A DNA stretch of 61,542 nt, filler included, from Jimgerdemannia flammicorona (GCA_003990765.1; 3 parts of 3 records of this genome joined end to end with filler, not necessarily neighbours in it), one strand, 5' to 3'; positions 49,254-61,481 are shown, counted from the whole stretch's first letter. Made by a program: numbers and translations. The notes: generated from the letters alone by a model not told the origin.

Positions 49254-51315
49254 TATAAGAGGGTTGCTTTTTAGGGTAACCGTTATATAGTTCTGAAAGG
49301 GTTTTCTGAAGGTTCTGGATATTCTGGAAGACCATTTTCTTATTGTCAAGATCAATTTCATATGGAATATGTCCTCTACACTTATTGATTTCAAGATCAG
49401 TTGATGTCTCAACCAAAGTCCTTTTTCGGACTAGTTCTAGATGTTCAGGATTTTCTGTATTTCAGGAAGTTCAAGAAACTAAGACCAGCTTAGTTGAATT
49501 GGTGTATCGCTGCAGACAATACCCAATTAGGAAATTTCATGACAGGGTTAGGAGTGGGACCTAATGGGGAGCAGGAGCGGATTTACTTAAGAGTGGTTTG
49601 TGGGTTATGGAATAGGTTTATTTGCTATTCATGATATTGCTATACTAGGAGTATTTGTATAAAGAGATATTGTAGGGAAGTATTCAGGAATATTCTTGTG
49701 TGTTCGAGTCTGAGATTCTGAGGTCTGGGGGAGGGAGTATTTATACTAGTGAGGGGCTATCTGGACTATGCTAGATATGGATATAGCACTAAGTGCTTTG
49801 CTGAGTCGGAATGCAGTCACGTAGTACAAGTGTGATCTGATATGTCAAGAGATCATCTGACTGCTGAGTCAGTTCATAGTCACGTTGTACAAGGCTAATC
49901 TAACTATACTATGACTGCTAGGCTATTTATGGGTTTAGGCACTGTCTGGGTAGTCCTCGATGACATCACTATCGATTGCATCATTTCTGATAAAGTAGTC
50001 GTCTAGGAAGAGTGGTTCGCAGATTACTTCTCCTTGTTTACTGAGGTAATAATACATTGGGACTTCGTCACCGTCCCACAAGATAGCATCATCTGTCTCG
50101 TAGGCTGGATAAGGTATTGGTGGACGAAGGATGGGTGTATTGTCTTTACTTTCATTGGATTTGCTGTCTGCATATCTTCTAAAGATTACAGCACTATGAG
50201 TTGCAGGATTGTAGTAAGCTGGCGGCTGTGGTTCATATCGCTCATACTCAGATGGTGGAGTGGTTGGTTCAATCTCGAGGGTTGTCTGGAGGTACAGGTT
50301 GTGTTCTCCAGTCTCTTCATTGTAGTTGAAGTAATCAGGGGTGAATGCAGGTTGGTATTCATGCCAGTGGTCATTGTCCCAATAAGTCTCGTATGTAGTT
50401 ATGAACTGTTGTAAGTTCATTGGCAAGGTTGGTGGAGTGATCAGGGTTGGCAAAGATCCTTAGCTAGAGGTCATGTCAGCGTCAGAGGGATCATTGTCTT
50501 CTGCTTTGTCTTTATCGAAGTAGATTATATTGTAGATGTCCTTTATGGCATATCCAACTTGGGGCATTTGTAGGATATGATCATTGGGGTGTGGGAAGGT
50601 TCTATCTGTGGTTTTGACATACTCGAGATACTTCTGGTTGAGTTCTTGTATCATGTCATCGATTTGGCCATAGGATAGGGTAGCAACCATTTTACTGGTA
50701 GTAACTCGGAGGTGGGAAATAATGGTACTGTACTCATAGAAGAGTTCTCGATGTTTGCAGGCGATGAGCTTCTAGTGTTGAGACATCTGGGTAATATCTG
50801 TATCATAGTGGTATTCGACCATGTCTTCCAGGAGGCGGCCGATCTGGTAGTAGCTTGAGATTTGTCCGATTCAGTGGGCCTCGCTAAGCATGTTCAGGGC
50901 ATTCTATTGGGCTTCCACAAAGTAGAGGGGTGCTAGACTATGGATATTCATGAGGGGCAGAGGGAGTGTAGCTCGGTTGACAATGGCATTCCAAATGTCA
51001 GCACGGATATGGTTATAGATCTCGGTGGTCATGTTTGTGTGTTTTGGTTGTAGTTGTTTGTTTTGGTTCTCCAATTTGACGTATCTCGGTGCTTGGTATA
51101 TATGCATTTGGTCCTAATTGATAAGATTCCATTTGTGTAAATCTTGTATTCTGTGACTTCATATTGACTCAGCTTTGTGTGCTATGACTTCGGTTTGACT
51201 CAGCTTCATGATCAAGCAGGTGATTTCCAGATTTGTTCAGAGGTCACATGTGTTTTCTGTAGCTTGTTCAGAGGGTGACATGTAATTCCAGCAGCTTGGA
51301 GGTTGTGCACTTACA
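49254..51315 (-). mobile_element. 2062-bp solo-LTR-like element with an internal ORF
   Basis: Ends TATAAG..CTTACA; perfect 5-bp TSD CATAA (49249-49253 / 51316-51320); TATA box at 49738-49745 on the minus strand. Confidence 0.85.
49935..51032 (-). pseudogene. 365-aa ORF of unknown function inside the LTR (four in-frame stops)
   Basis: ORFs 50904-51107, 50460-50690 and 49935-50453 share one frame. Three of the four stops resolve to TGG/CAA by comparison with the copy at ~46995-47615. Confidence 0.75.
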
Positions 51316-51333
51316 CATAAATACTAATCTATG

Positions 51334-52845
51334 TGTAAGAGGGTTGCTTTTTAGAGTAACTATTACATAGTTCTGGAAGGGTTTTCTAGAAGTTCTGGAT
51401 ATTCTGGAAGACTGTTTTCTTATGGTCAAGATCAAATTCATATAGAGTATATCTTCTATACTTATTGATTTTAAGATCAGATTAATGTCTCAACCAAAGT
51501 CCTTTTTCGGACTAGTTCTGGATGTTTAGGATTTTCTGTATTTCAGGAAGTTTAAGAAACTAAGACCAGCTTAGTTGAATTGGCATATTGCTGCAGACAA
51601 TACCCAATTAGGAAATTTCGTGATGGGGTTAGGAGTGAGACCTAATATGGAGCAGATTTACTTAAGAGTAGTTTGTGGGTTATTAAATAGATTTATTTGC
51701 TATTTATGATATTGCTATACTAAGAGTAGTTGTATAAAGGGATATTGTAGGGAAGTATTCAGGAGTATTCTTGGGTGTCTGGATCTGTTTAAGTCTGTTT
51801 AAGTCTGAGATTCTGAGGTCTGGGAGAGGGGGTATTTATACTAGTGAGAGACTATCTGGACTATGCTAAATATGGATATAGCACTTAATGTCTTGCTGAG
51901 CCAGAATGCAGTCATATAGTACAAGTGTGATCTGACATGTTAAGAGATTATCTGACTGCTGAGTCAGTTCACAGTTATATCATACAAGGCTAATCTAACT
52001 ATACTATGACTGCTAAGCTATTTTTAGGTTTAGACACTATCTGATTAGTCTTTGATGACATCACTATTGATGACATCATCACTGGCAAAGTCTGAGCAGT
52101 TTTCTGACTTCTGATGTTATCAGTTTCAAAGGTGTCATCACTTCTGTCTCTTGCAAAATTATGACTATTCTTGGTAGTGGTAGTTATACAAGAATAACAG
52201 GTCTTGGTTTTCTTTTTTTTTGACTTGCTGGTGTATTTGCGAGGACTGGCCATCCTTGTCTAGGATGAGGGCTCTTAATGTCATGGCTGGGGGTTCGAAC
52301 CTCTCAGAAATGATATTTTCTGTAATCCAAGGCAATTTCTAGTAGTAATATCTGTCATGTGGATGGCTTGAGATTGGTTTTGACAATGTTGGCTTTCTTG
52401 AGTTTAGATGAAGCATCTATCACTCTCCAATAGAGGTGACATAGATAGAGCGAACAGAGTTGTTCAAATGTGTTTTGCTTCTGCTAAGTAATAAGGTCTT
52501 ATATAGTCATGGTGTATCTTAGTCTTGAGTTTGATAAGTACAGTTTATAAACTCTTGATGGATGAGATAGGGTCCTTCTTGTCTCAGTTTGAGTTTGGTA
52601 CTTCTGGTTTCCTTTTGTAATAGTATAGTATACCAAACTAGTTATAGTAGTTCAGAGTCAGTCTTATGGTTGTAGTACTTCTTCTAGTATTCTTGTATCT
52701 TGGTGGTGAGTTCTCATACTTGCTGGCATATTTTGTGTAACCAGATGATCTCTTCAGTAACTTGTTTTGTAGTCTCACATGTGGTTTCCAAATTGGTTCT
52801 GAGAATGACATGTGATTTTGGTGGCTTAGAGATTATGCGCTTATA
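51334..52845 (-). mobile_element. 1512-bp variant solo-LTR-like element with different internal content (integrase C-terminal-like)
   Basis: Ends TGTAAG..CTTATA; TSD CTATG/CTATA. 51334-~52070 matches 49254-~49975; the remainder differs except the extreme end. Confidence 0.8.
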
Positions 52846-53238
52846 CTATATTCATCTCTGATTACTTCAACTATAATGAAGAGACTGGAGAATACAATCT
52901 ATATCTTCAGACAACCCTCAAGATTGAACTAACCACTCTACCACTTAAGTACAAGCAATATGAACCACAGCCACTAGCTTACTACAACCCTGTGACTCAT
53001 AGTACTATAACCTATAGAAGGTATGCAGACAGCAAATCTGATAAAAGTAAAGATAATGAACCCCTCCTTCATCCACTAACTTTATATCTAGCATATGAGA
53101 CAGATGATGCTATTCTATGGGATGGAGACAAAGTCCCAATATATTACTATCTCAGCGAATAAGAAGAATTAATCCATAAACAACTTTTCCTAGATAACTA
53201 CTTCATCAGAGATGATATCATTAATAGTGATGTCATCA

Positions 53239-54414
53239 ACAGCTCCTTTCTCCACTACCTTACCAGTCACAAGGTTTGGTAAGTGACCTTCCAAGTCCCC
53301 TTTCTCCTAATATTACCCCCTCTACCTCAGGTTGGTTTGCTGTACCTGCAGGGGCATGGTGGGAGGAGGGCAATGGTGATGAGTTGCCCCTTTATCAGTG
53401 TTAGATCGGTGCTTCCTCCACTTTTTCGCGGATTCTGGTACCTTCAGCTATGTCTGGAGTGTACCTGTTTTGGTGTGGTGCCTTCTTTCTTTTGCCGTCG
53501 CCAACAAGGAGTTGTCTCAGTGTGTCTTGGGCTACGTAGGGAGTTGGCCGACCTTGGGCATCAAGTGCTCAGTGTAGGTTACCTGCAGGTCCTCAGTGCC
53601 TGTAGTGGGGCCCTCTGGCTTTGGCGAGCTTCCCGGCGAGCATGGTTCTGGCATAGGTGACTGCTTTTTGGGTGTTGTCGGGATAGAAGGGGAGATGGCT
53701 GTCACAGATAGGCGGAAGGACGATTATGGTGAACCAGTAGGGTGCCAGGCTAGAGGCAGTCGTTGGGGCTGGGGCAGATGCTGCTTCAGTGGGGCCTTTT
53801 GATTGGTGCAGCACGGTTAGGTGGTAGGTGTCACTATCGGCTTCTTTTGGTGGTCAGCGGGGTTGGGCCCCAGTTATCAGGGGGGGTCAGGAGGCCCGTG
53901 GCTACCCATTTCAGGCATCTTGGCTGCACTCAACTAGAACCAGGAGCTGACACGGTAATGTGATTGAGGTCTGCAGGCTTGAGTAGTAGGGTATTGGGGG
54001 TTTCCTCCTGCCTCATGTATAAGTCCTTTACTCACCTCGACTGAGAGAACCAGGCCCTACCCACCATGTTGTGCTTTGAGGAGGGTTTTTATTTGCCTGT
54101 CATTCTCTTTGGGGTGGCAGGGGCTATTCTATTCGGCTCGGGCATGGCCTTGTATATACGTTGGGTTCTCAGGTGTGTGCTTTCGGTCATTGGTGTATGG
54201 TTGGATTTCCCCTGGTGGTAGGGAGAGCATAGTGTACAGAATGAGGTGCAGGCTTATTAGCCCTGCTGCGCCTGGCATGGTCGAGCTGCTGAACAATAGC
54301 TAGCCTAGGTTAATGGGGGGACAGTGCTTGGTGGGTAGTGGGGGAGAGTTTTGGCCTATATAGTCTAGGTTCCCTTCTAATAAAAATCTGCAGGACATGA
54401 GTCCATTAAACAAA
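53239..54414 (+). mobile_element. SINE-like retroposon X, copy 3 (complete, 1176 bp)
   Basis: 13-bp TSD AGTGATGTCATCA (53226-53238 / 54415-54427). The empty site is visible in the sister LTR (~49960-49972, minus strand). AATAAA plus a short A-rich tail. Confidence 0.9.
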
Positions 54415-55817
54415 AGTGATGTCATCAAAGACTACCCAGACAGTATCTAAATCTATAGATAGTCTAGCAGTCATAGTATAGTTAAATTAGTCTTATACTA
54501 TGTGACTGCATTCTAACTCAGCAAGGTACTTAGTACTATATCCATATTCAGTATAGTTCAGATAGTCCCTTACTAGTATAAATACCCCCTCCCCCAGATC
54601 TCAGAATCTCAGACTTGAACATTCAAAAACACAAGAACATTTCTGAATACTTCCCCACAATATTCCTTTATACAACTACTTCTAGTATAGTAATATCATG
54701 AATAGTGAATAAATCTATTTAATAACCCACCAACCACTTTTAAATAAATCTGCTCTCTGTTAGATCCCACTCCTAATCCTGTTATGAAATTTCCTAATTG
54801 AGTATTGTCTGCAGTGATATGCCAATTCAACTAAGCTGGTCTTAGTTTCTTGAACTTTCTGAAATATGGAAAATCCTGAACATCCAGAACTAGTCCAAAA
54901 AAGGACTTTGGTTGAGATATCAACTCAATCTTGAAATCAATAAGCATAGAGGACATACTCCATATGAAATTGATCTTGACCTTAAGAAAACAGTCTTCCA
55001 GAATATCCAGAACTTCCAGAAAATCCTTCCAGAACTACATAATGGTTACTCTAAAAAGCAACCCTCTTATACCGCTATATATTATTTTTTGAAATATTTT
55101 GTCAATAAATATTATAATTAATATTTATAGATAAATTTTAAGTAATTTAAGTTAAATATTCACAATAATATTACACATTAGTTATTATGAACCTCGAAAA
55201 AATTTAATACTGAGACCTTGGCAACATGTCCAAGATATACAAATTTAGACATGTCACAGTCATATAGGTTGGTAATAAAGGTCGCTCATGTTTTATCTTA
55301 CACACGTTTAGCGGGCTCTACACACCACCAACACCGTCAAATTTTCCTCAAATGCCTCGCACTCACACCGCGATCCCTCATTCTCACACACCTGACCCCA
55401 TTTCGCACGTATCACATTGTCACCCTTCAAATATATTTACATTTCATCTCGCAAATGAGGGTGAGGATTGAAGGCTGGAGAGTAGGAAGCACATGCAAAA
55501 AAATATGTGCGTGCATACGAATATGACATCTAGAGAGGGGTTTTGCATATTTGCATGGTAACGGAGGAAAAGGGGGGACATGTACAGAATTTGCATCGTC
55601 ATGGCGGAGAAGGCAACAAATAGGTCGGAGCGTCCAGCGGCCGTGACCAATTCATCTTGCGAGGAATATTGTCTATTAAGCGTGTGCTCGGAGGAGAAAG
55701 TCCGCGCGGCGATTGATCATCAACAAGCAAAAAAATAATAGGGTGTAAAAACAAACTTCCAACCGAACTAACTATAGCTATTACACCACCACCAGCACCC
55801 CTCTTCCTGTATCCGCC

Positions 55818-57118
55818 TCACGCCCACGACTCCCTCTTCCTGTCCTTTTCCTCGACCTTTACGAAACCGACCTCCCTCGCCACTGAACTCTCCACGATCT
55901 TCTCCACAACCTCAACGTTGGGCCCGACGACCCCCTCGTCCTTGGGTTTCGGGCCGACCCCGAAGCTTGACCTCCTCCTGCGCGTGATGCACCAAATCAC
56001 GCGCGGGACGTGCTTCCTCAGAGACCTCACGATCTCCTCGCCGTCGTCCATTTCCCACCCGCCCTCGATGTGCACAGCCGGGTCGAGGTGACGAACCATG
56101 TGTGTCTTACCCTCCTCCGTGGAGCAGAAGAGGATCTTGCGCGTGTCGAGGAGATCGAGTGAGTCGGAGTTCGTAGTGCGGAGTTTCGGGGAGGTTGGTG
56201 AGGTTGGTGAGCGGCGCGATTTTTGGAAGATCTTGGCAGAATTGAGGAGAGTCAGGATCTGCGACTTGTCAGCGTCGGAGGTCGCGTGAATGATGAGGAA
56301 GATGTGATAGTGTTGCGAGAGGCGCGTAAGCAGCGTGACGCTGTGCTCGTGGAATGCGTGGTTGGGCGAGTTAAAATCCGAGGACGGGTTCCAAAGGATT
56401 GTCTAGGAGTGGTGCGGAGGGGGCGCAGTGAGCGATAAATTCCGAGACAATGCACCACCCGCCCGAAATATGAACCCCATGCAAATGGGTAAAAAAAAAA
56501 AAAATGGGGCTTACATTTTTCATAGAGATGGTCATAATTTTCTTTTTTCTCCTTACAGTATTCGTAGCCGACATAACGCCACCCAATAGGCGCGATCCAA
56601 GGTTCGATAATACCCCGCCCTGCTGCTGCTGCTGCTGCTGTTGCTGTTGCAGCGGCGTGGGCGTGGACGACCTCGACGGACGTCCGTTCGGAATTGCCCC
56701 GGATGTCGCCTGCGCATTCTATACATGGGAAACGAAACCGGGGTGGATCGCAAAAAATTGTCAAAACCGGAACCGTCACGAGTTTTGATCATCCTGCGGC
56801 CCCGAATTGCCGAAAAAAAATATGGGGTGATAAACAATTCGGAACCTTCCGCCAAGAAACGCTCACCTGCAGGCTGGCGATGTCTCTCATGCTGCTGCTG
56901 ACCCTCCTTATGGCGCGGTTAGGCTCAGCGGTGCGTGGGGCGTCGGCGATACGTCGCTGGACGGAGGAGTCGCCGCCGTCCCCCCGGCGACCGCGTAGTC
57001 GCCTCGCGTCCTTGGTGTATTTGCGATACCAGTAAAGGAATGCGGAGACGAAGGCGGCGGCGAGAGAGGTGTAGCCGACGAGACGTAGCAGCCAGTTTTT
57101 GGAGGACCTTTTTTGCAT
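55818..57118 (-). CDS. PEX22: Peroxisome biogenesis protein 22-like (plant-type PEX22), 3 exons, 346 aa
   Basis: Exons 57118-56867, 56718-56515 and 56402-55818; phase-0 GT-AG introns; open frame. N-terminal TM segment (LLRLVGYTSLAAAFVSAFLYWY) and poly-Q. RKILFCSTEEGKTHMVRHLDPAVHIE resembles the plant PEX22 motif VLFCSTEIGRTSFVRQLEPDWHID (from memory). Confidence 0.75.
56621..56650 (-). repeat. (CAG/CAA)10 poly-glutamine microsatellite in PEX22-like exon 2
   Basis: TGC/TGT triplet run on the plus strand. Confidence 0.9.
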
Positions 57119-57226
57119 TTGGTGTGGTAATGGAGAGTGGGGGGGGAAAGGGGGTGTGTGTGGAGGAAGGCGAGAGATCTCAGAGATGTCCTGCAAAAAG
57201 GTTTCGATTTTCACATGTTGATCAGC

Positions 57227-57237
57227 CACGTGACTCA
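57227..57237. promoter_or_regulatory. Overlapping E-box (CACGTG) and AP-1/Gcn4-type site (TGACTCA) in a putative divergent promoter
   Basis: CACGTGACTCA lies ~110 bp upstream of the PEX22-like ATG; motif match only. Confidence 0.3.
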
Positions 57238-57433
57238 TTGGAGATGTTTCATGTGCTTCACGTTGCACACTGACAGCCATGTGTCGCGTTTTGCGTCAAC
57301 CCACTGGGAAACGCCGCTCTTTTTTTGGGACCCGTCAGACCATCCGTTTGGGCCGCAATTGTTGCCCGTCACCCGGAGACACCATGTATATATACCTACA
57401 TTTCATAAATCAAACTCCGCATTGCGCTCTTCT

Positions 57434-60130
57434 ATGGACTCGGGATACGAAAACCTTGACTCGATGCAATTAAATGATAAGGTTATACTGAATAGTATGT
57501 GCACAGCAAGAATTGGTTCCAAGTAAGTAATTAATTACATGCTCTGCGGGGTTTAGGTTCGTAATATAATGTTTTCCCGGTCCGGCATTTCGGCCCGCCC
57601 GCTTTCTTTCGCCATTTGAGGGTGTTTGTTCGGGAATTCGGCATGTGCCCGTATTGACGTCAATAGAATTAGCCGGGCTGGTAAAGATTCGAAAAACAGA
57701 CTAGTCCGGAAAAGCGTCATCTAAAGCATTGTCTCGTAAGTTGCTTAGGAAAGTTGTCGAATGACTCCATTGTTGTTGTCTTAACTGTTAGCATTCCGGC
57801 AAAGCCATACCAAGCTGCTATTTTTCATATTTTTGGCGAATGTCCCTTGGGCTGTGGACGTGTGAGAGCCAGAAGATGGTCGTACACGATGACGTTAACG
57901 TATTAGTTGGCGAAAGGGCGTCGACTCTTATATTTTCCGATTGTAACTCGTCATCAATACTTCCTGAAAATATATTTAATTTTGGAATGACGAAATAGTT
58001 GCAAATACATTTTGGCCTATCTGCTTTAGGTACAAAAATGGAGACTGGAGGTTTGGCCTAGTTGTTTCGGCCTCTCGTATAAGGGGAAATAAATTGAAAA
58101 CAGATAGACGAGCAGTTTGCGATGTCTATTTCGCGACTTAGCGACTTGGCGACGTTTGTGTAACAACCGACCATTCACGCCTCGATATTGGACCATGCTG
58201 ATTGGATACCTACGTGACATCTCACAAAACAACGGTCTTGTTCCTTGGACGCTGCTTTCCCAGACACAGCCACAGACACCGAAACCAAAAACAATTGCTG
58301 ACACGACAGCGGCACGTAGGTCATGGTGGACGAGATCCGCAGGCTCACGCAAATACTCCGGGAATCCTGAATAGCGTATGGATTTCCTCGTCCGCACGCA
58401 TAAAATGGGGAAAACGAATGTCTAAGCCCAGCATGCGATTATTTATCTTTCCTTTTCGATGTAAATACATTCTCCTTTGCGTTAGAGAGTTGTTTGTCTG
58501 CATGAGCCGTCCCCAGCAACAATAGCAAAGCGGTGGTTTGTGAAATAGTACAAGAAATAAAATAAAAAATTATGACAGCCGTATTTGATGATACATGTTC
58601 CATCCGAGTCGAAGCTTTCTGGTATGTTTCGGTTCGATTAAACAGCAGCGATGCTGAATCTGCTGCCTCTTAAGGAATTTGGATGAATTCGACACGCAGT
58701 TTCAGATGGTTGAGTTGGTAATCGTGCCGTTGACAGGAAGAAGCAGACTGAGGTTCTGTAAATGTCACGGCGCTTTTATTTTAGTGAGCTAGCTCTGCTG
58801 AGAGAAAATCTGGATGTCATTCGCATCCCTTGGTTTCTGTTGGTATCGAAAGGATTACGATCTTTTATTGTATGCGTATAAAATAAAAGTACCACGAAAA
58901 TATACGTTTGCAGGCGCCGGTGGTCGTGGGCTAAGCAGGGACCCCAGTTGATTCTGCATTGTACTCAGCCTGTTATTGAAGTACATGTGCCAACATGGTG
59001 GAAATAACTATAGTAGTTGATAGGACGGTATTTTTAACATAATGACCTATTGGAAGACCGATTTCTAAGGGCTTAGATTCAGGGGCAGTTGCATGTTGCT
59101 AACTAGCCTAGTCGTCGACCATGCTTTAACTAGACATGCTACATAAAATTAAGCTTTATGTATCCTAGTCTCCAGCGGTGTTAGCGAACAACGGCAATAT
59201 ATCAATCTGTAGGGTCTTTGTACTTGTCCAGGAACTCCGATCAACTCTGATGTCACCGTCTTATGCTTTTTAACTATCAAAAAGGAGTCGCAACGTACGC
59301 AAAGAGCAGTACGACAGATATAAAAACCATTATAAAGCATTGTGGTTTGAACCTTCTAAACCGTAATTCCTTCATACTCATGCCTTCCTTTTCAATGGTT
59401 TTCAGGCCTCCATATATCTGCACACCAGCTGTGCCATTGTCGGCAAGCAACTTCAACCAATCTCAAAGGCATCCCCAAATCTTGTATCAAATCATCCAAA
59501 GCGTCTATCCGGAAGCGCAGGATATCATCGAATTATACGTTCCCAAGCTTGTCGCTCTCCTGCGCGCCGCCGTCCACCAATTTGAAACCGAAGAACTGGG
59601 TCGTGGACGACCATACATCCTTCTCCGCCTGAATGTCGGCCGAATTTGGCCAGACTGCATGCCATCCGAAGAGCTCGAGCTCATCTCTGCCATCGCCTTC
59701 GCCACCAACGCCATCGCAAGAGGTCGCCGGTTCTTCCCTGTCGCCGACCCCGCCTTCGAACTCATTCCGTATATCCCACAATACGCGGGACTTGACGGGT
59801 TAGACTGGTCGCCGCTTTTCGAATTCCTTGCCCGCGTCGGATCGGAGACGCCCGATGCATTCTGGGGATTCTGGCATTTTGTCATAGAGAGTGCTGATAT
59901 TCCGGGGACATACCTGGAGGACGCATGCTTGAATCGTCATGGAGTCAGTGCTGTGCCGGTGCTTTGGGTCTGTTTGCTTATACCGGCTAGGCATGCTGGG
60001 ACGTGAAGAAATCCTCTGCTTCCATGATTTTCGGATTGACAGTGCCATCAAGCTTGAGCAATGTTTGGACTGTGTTCTAGGAAGGCCGATGCACGGGATT
60101 GTTAGATTCACAAAGACATACATAGAATAA
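57434..60130 (+). CDS. Hypothetical multi-exon protein-coding gene (structure incomplete)
   Basis: CpG-rich, non-repetitive DNA. Possible first exon ATG at 57434 ending at GTATGT (~57495); exon-like frame at ~58108-58316; large exon ~59406-59967 within ORF 59263-60006. No family recognised. Confidence 0.45.
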
Positions 60131-61481
60131 AGGTGGAGGTATTTTCTAAGAATAAAACTAATGTCTTCTCCCCTTTTTTTAGAGGATGGGTAGATTTTTG
60201 AAATAATTATTCCGTTCGCTTATTTACAGACTCCAGAGGCACAATGAATTTTTTTTTAAAAAAAAAAAAACCCCCCTTACAAAACGTAATGAACGCAACC
60301 ATATCGCAACGCAACATGCAACAGCAGTGACGACCACAGGCCTCGCCACCGCGTCGACGACGAGAGGTCTCATGGTGCTGCTCGCATCCGTCGCTTTTGC
60401 GTCTGGTGAGGTATCGTTGAGCGCGGGCTGATGGATTGACGAGCTATAGTCGTAAGTGTGCCAGATTGTCAAGGGAACCGATTCCGCGTGCTTATGGTTG
60501 TGCCGTGGCGTGCTTAATGGGGAGCGCATCCATGTATTCATTCTATTTCCCGGTATTCAGATGTCAGCTCACGATTGTGGGACACGTACTTGCTTGCAGC
60601 TAGAGATTTCAACTAGTTCACGATCGAAAGAATCTTTTTCGCCGAACAGAAGATCGGTTGCGAATCTAACCTGCAATTGTGGATCTCGTAGTTTGGGCAA
60701 TTATGTGTCCTTGTCGGAACTGCGTTCTCAGAGCTTGAATAACATGTCCGAACCGCATCATAAATCAGCCATTGACTCCAGCCTTTACTTCCCAATTGTC
60801 CCTTCTCAACAATCTCCAGAAATTCACGAGAATATTTTAAGGACCTCGACGTTGACGATTGGATGTTTGCAAGGAACAAGAAAGATCTGCAATTTCCAGG
60901 ATCCTAATAGACGGAGGTACCTGATAAGTTTAATAGTGGTTTGTCATCGGTGGTTCGCAACTCACGACTTTTCTGAATAATCGTCTTATGTCGCATCGAT
61001 ATCGGGCCGCCACCACACTTCCCTTTACCAAGAATTAGGACGAATTCAGATTCGTAGTGTAATTATATATTAAATAATGTGTAAATATTCTTTTCAATCT
61101 ACACATATATTCAGAGCTCGCACATAATTATGTGTATAGGGTTGTCTACTGAATTCTGCACAGCTATGTAGATCCCGTGCCAGATTCGACTATGTTTCTA
61201 TTTGCGATACCGGGTAACCTTGTAGTATGTCCACTTCGCACGCGCTTCCTTCAGTGAAAGTGGAATGAAATGTCCATCCTCTGTTAGAATTCTAATTTGA
61301 TTCCGCTACTATCTTTTGTCGTGGCTACCCATCGCATTATCATCCATCTTCCCTATCGCCGACACCATCTCCAAAATCTTTTATTTTAGATACCAACAAA
61401 CCTTAGCATGTTGTGAATATACGTTTGTCATAACAAGAAAGGGCGACAGAGTAGGAGTCATTGAAAGCAATCATTACCCGT

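Larger units (their letters stand above)
46707..55071 (+). mobile_element. Outer ~2.0-kb solo-LTR-like element, split by four nested insertions
   Basis: Pieces 46707-47615, 49201-49253, 51321-51333, 52851-53238 and 54428-55071 rejoin into the reverse complement of 49254-51315. Decayed TG..CA ends (TATAA..CTTATA); 5-bp flanks CTACT/CCGCT; TATAAATA at 54577. Confidence 0.8.

Noticed and set aside
53239..54414. X as telomerase RNA, an rRNA fragment or a hammerhead retrozyme
   Set aside because: I found no TAACCCTAA-type template, rRNA signature or CTGATGA/GAAA hammerhead core by eye.
56504..56788. ORF with a poly-Cys run (CCCCCCCCCC)
   Set aside because: Antisense reading of the poly-Q codons in PEX22-like exon 2.
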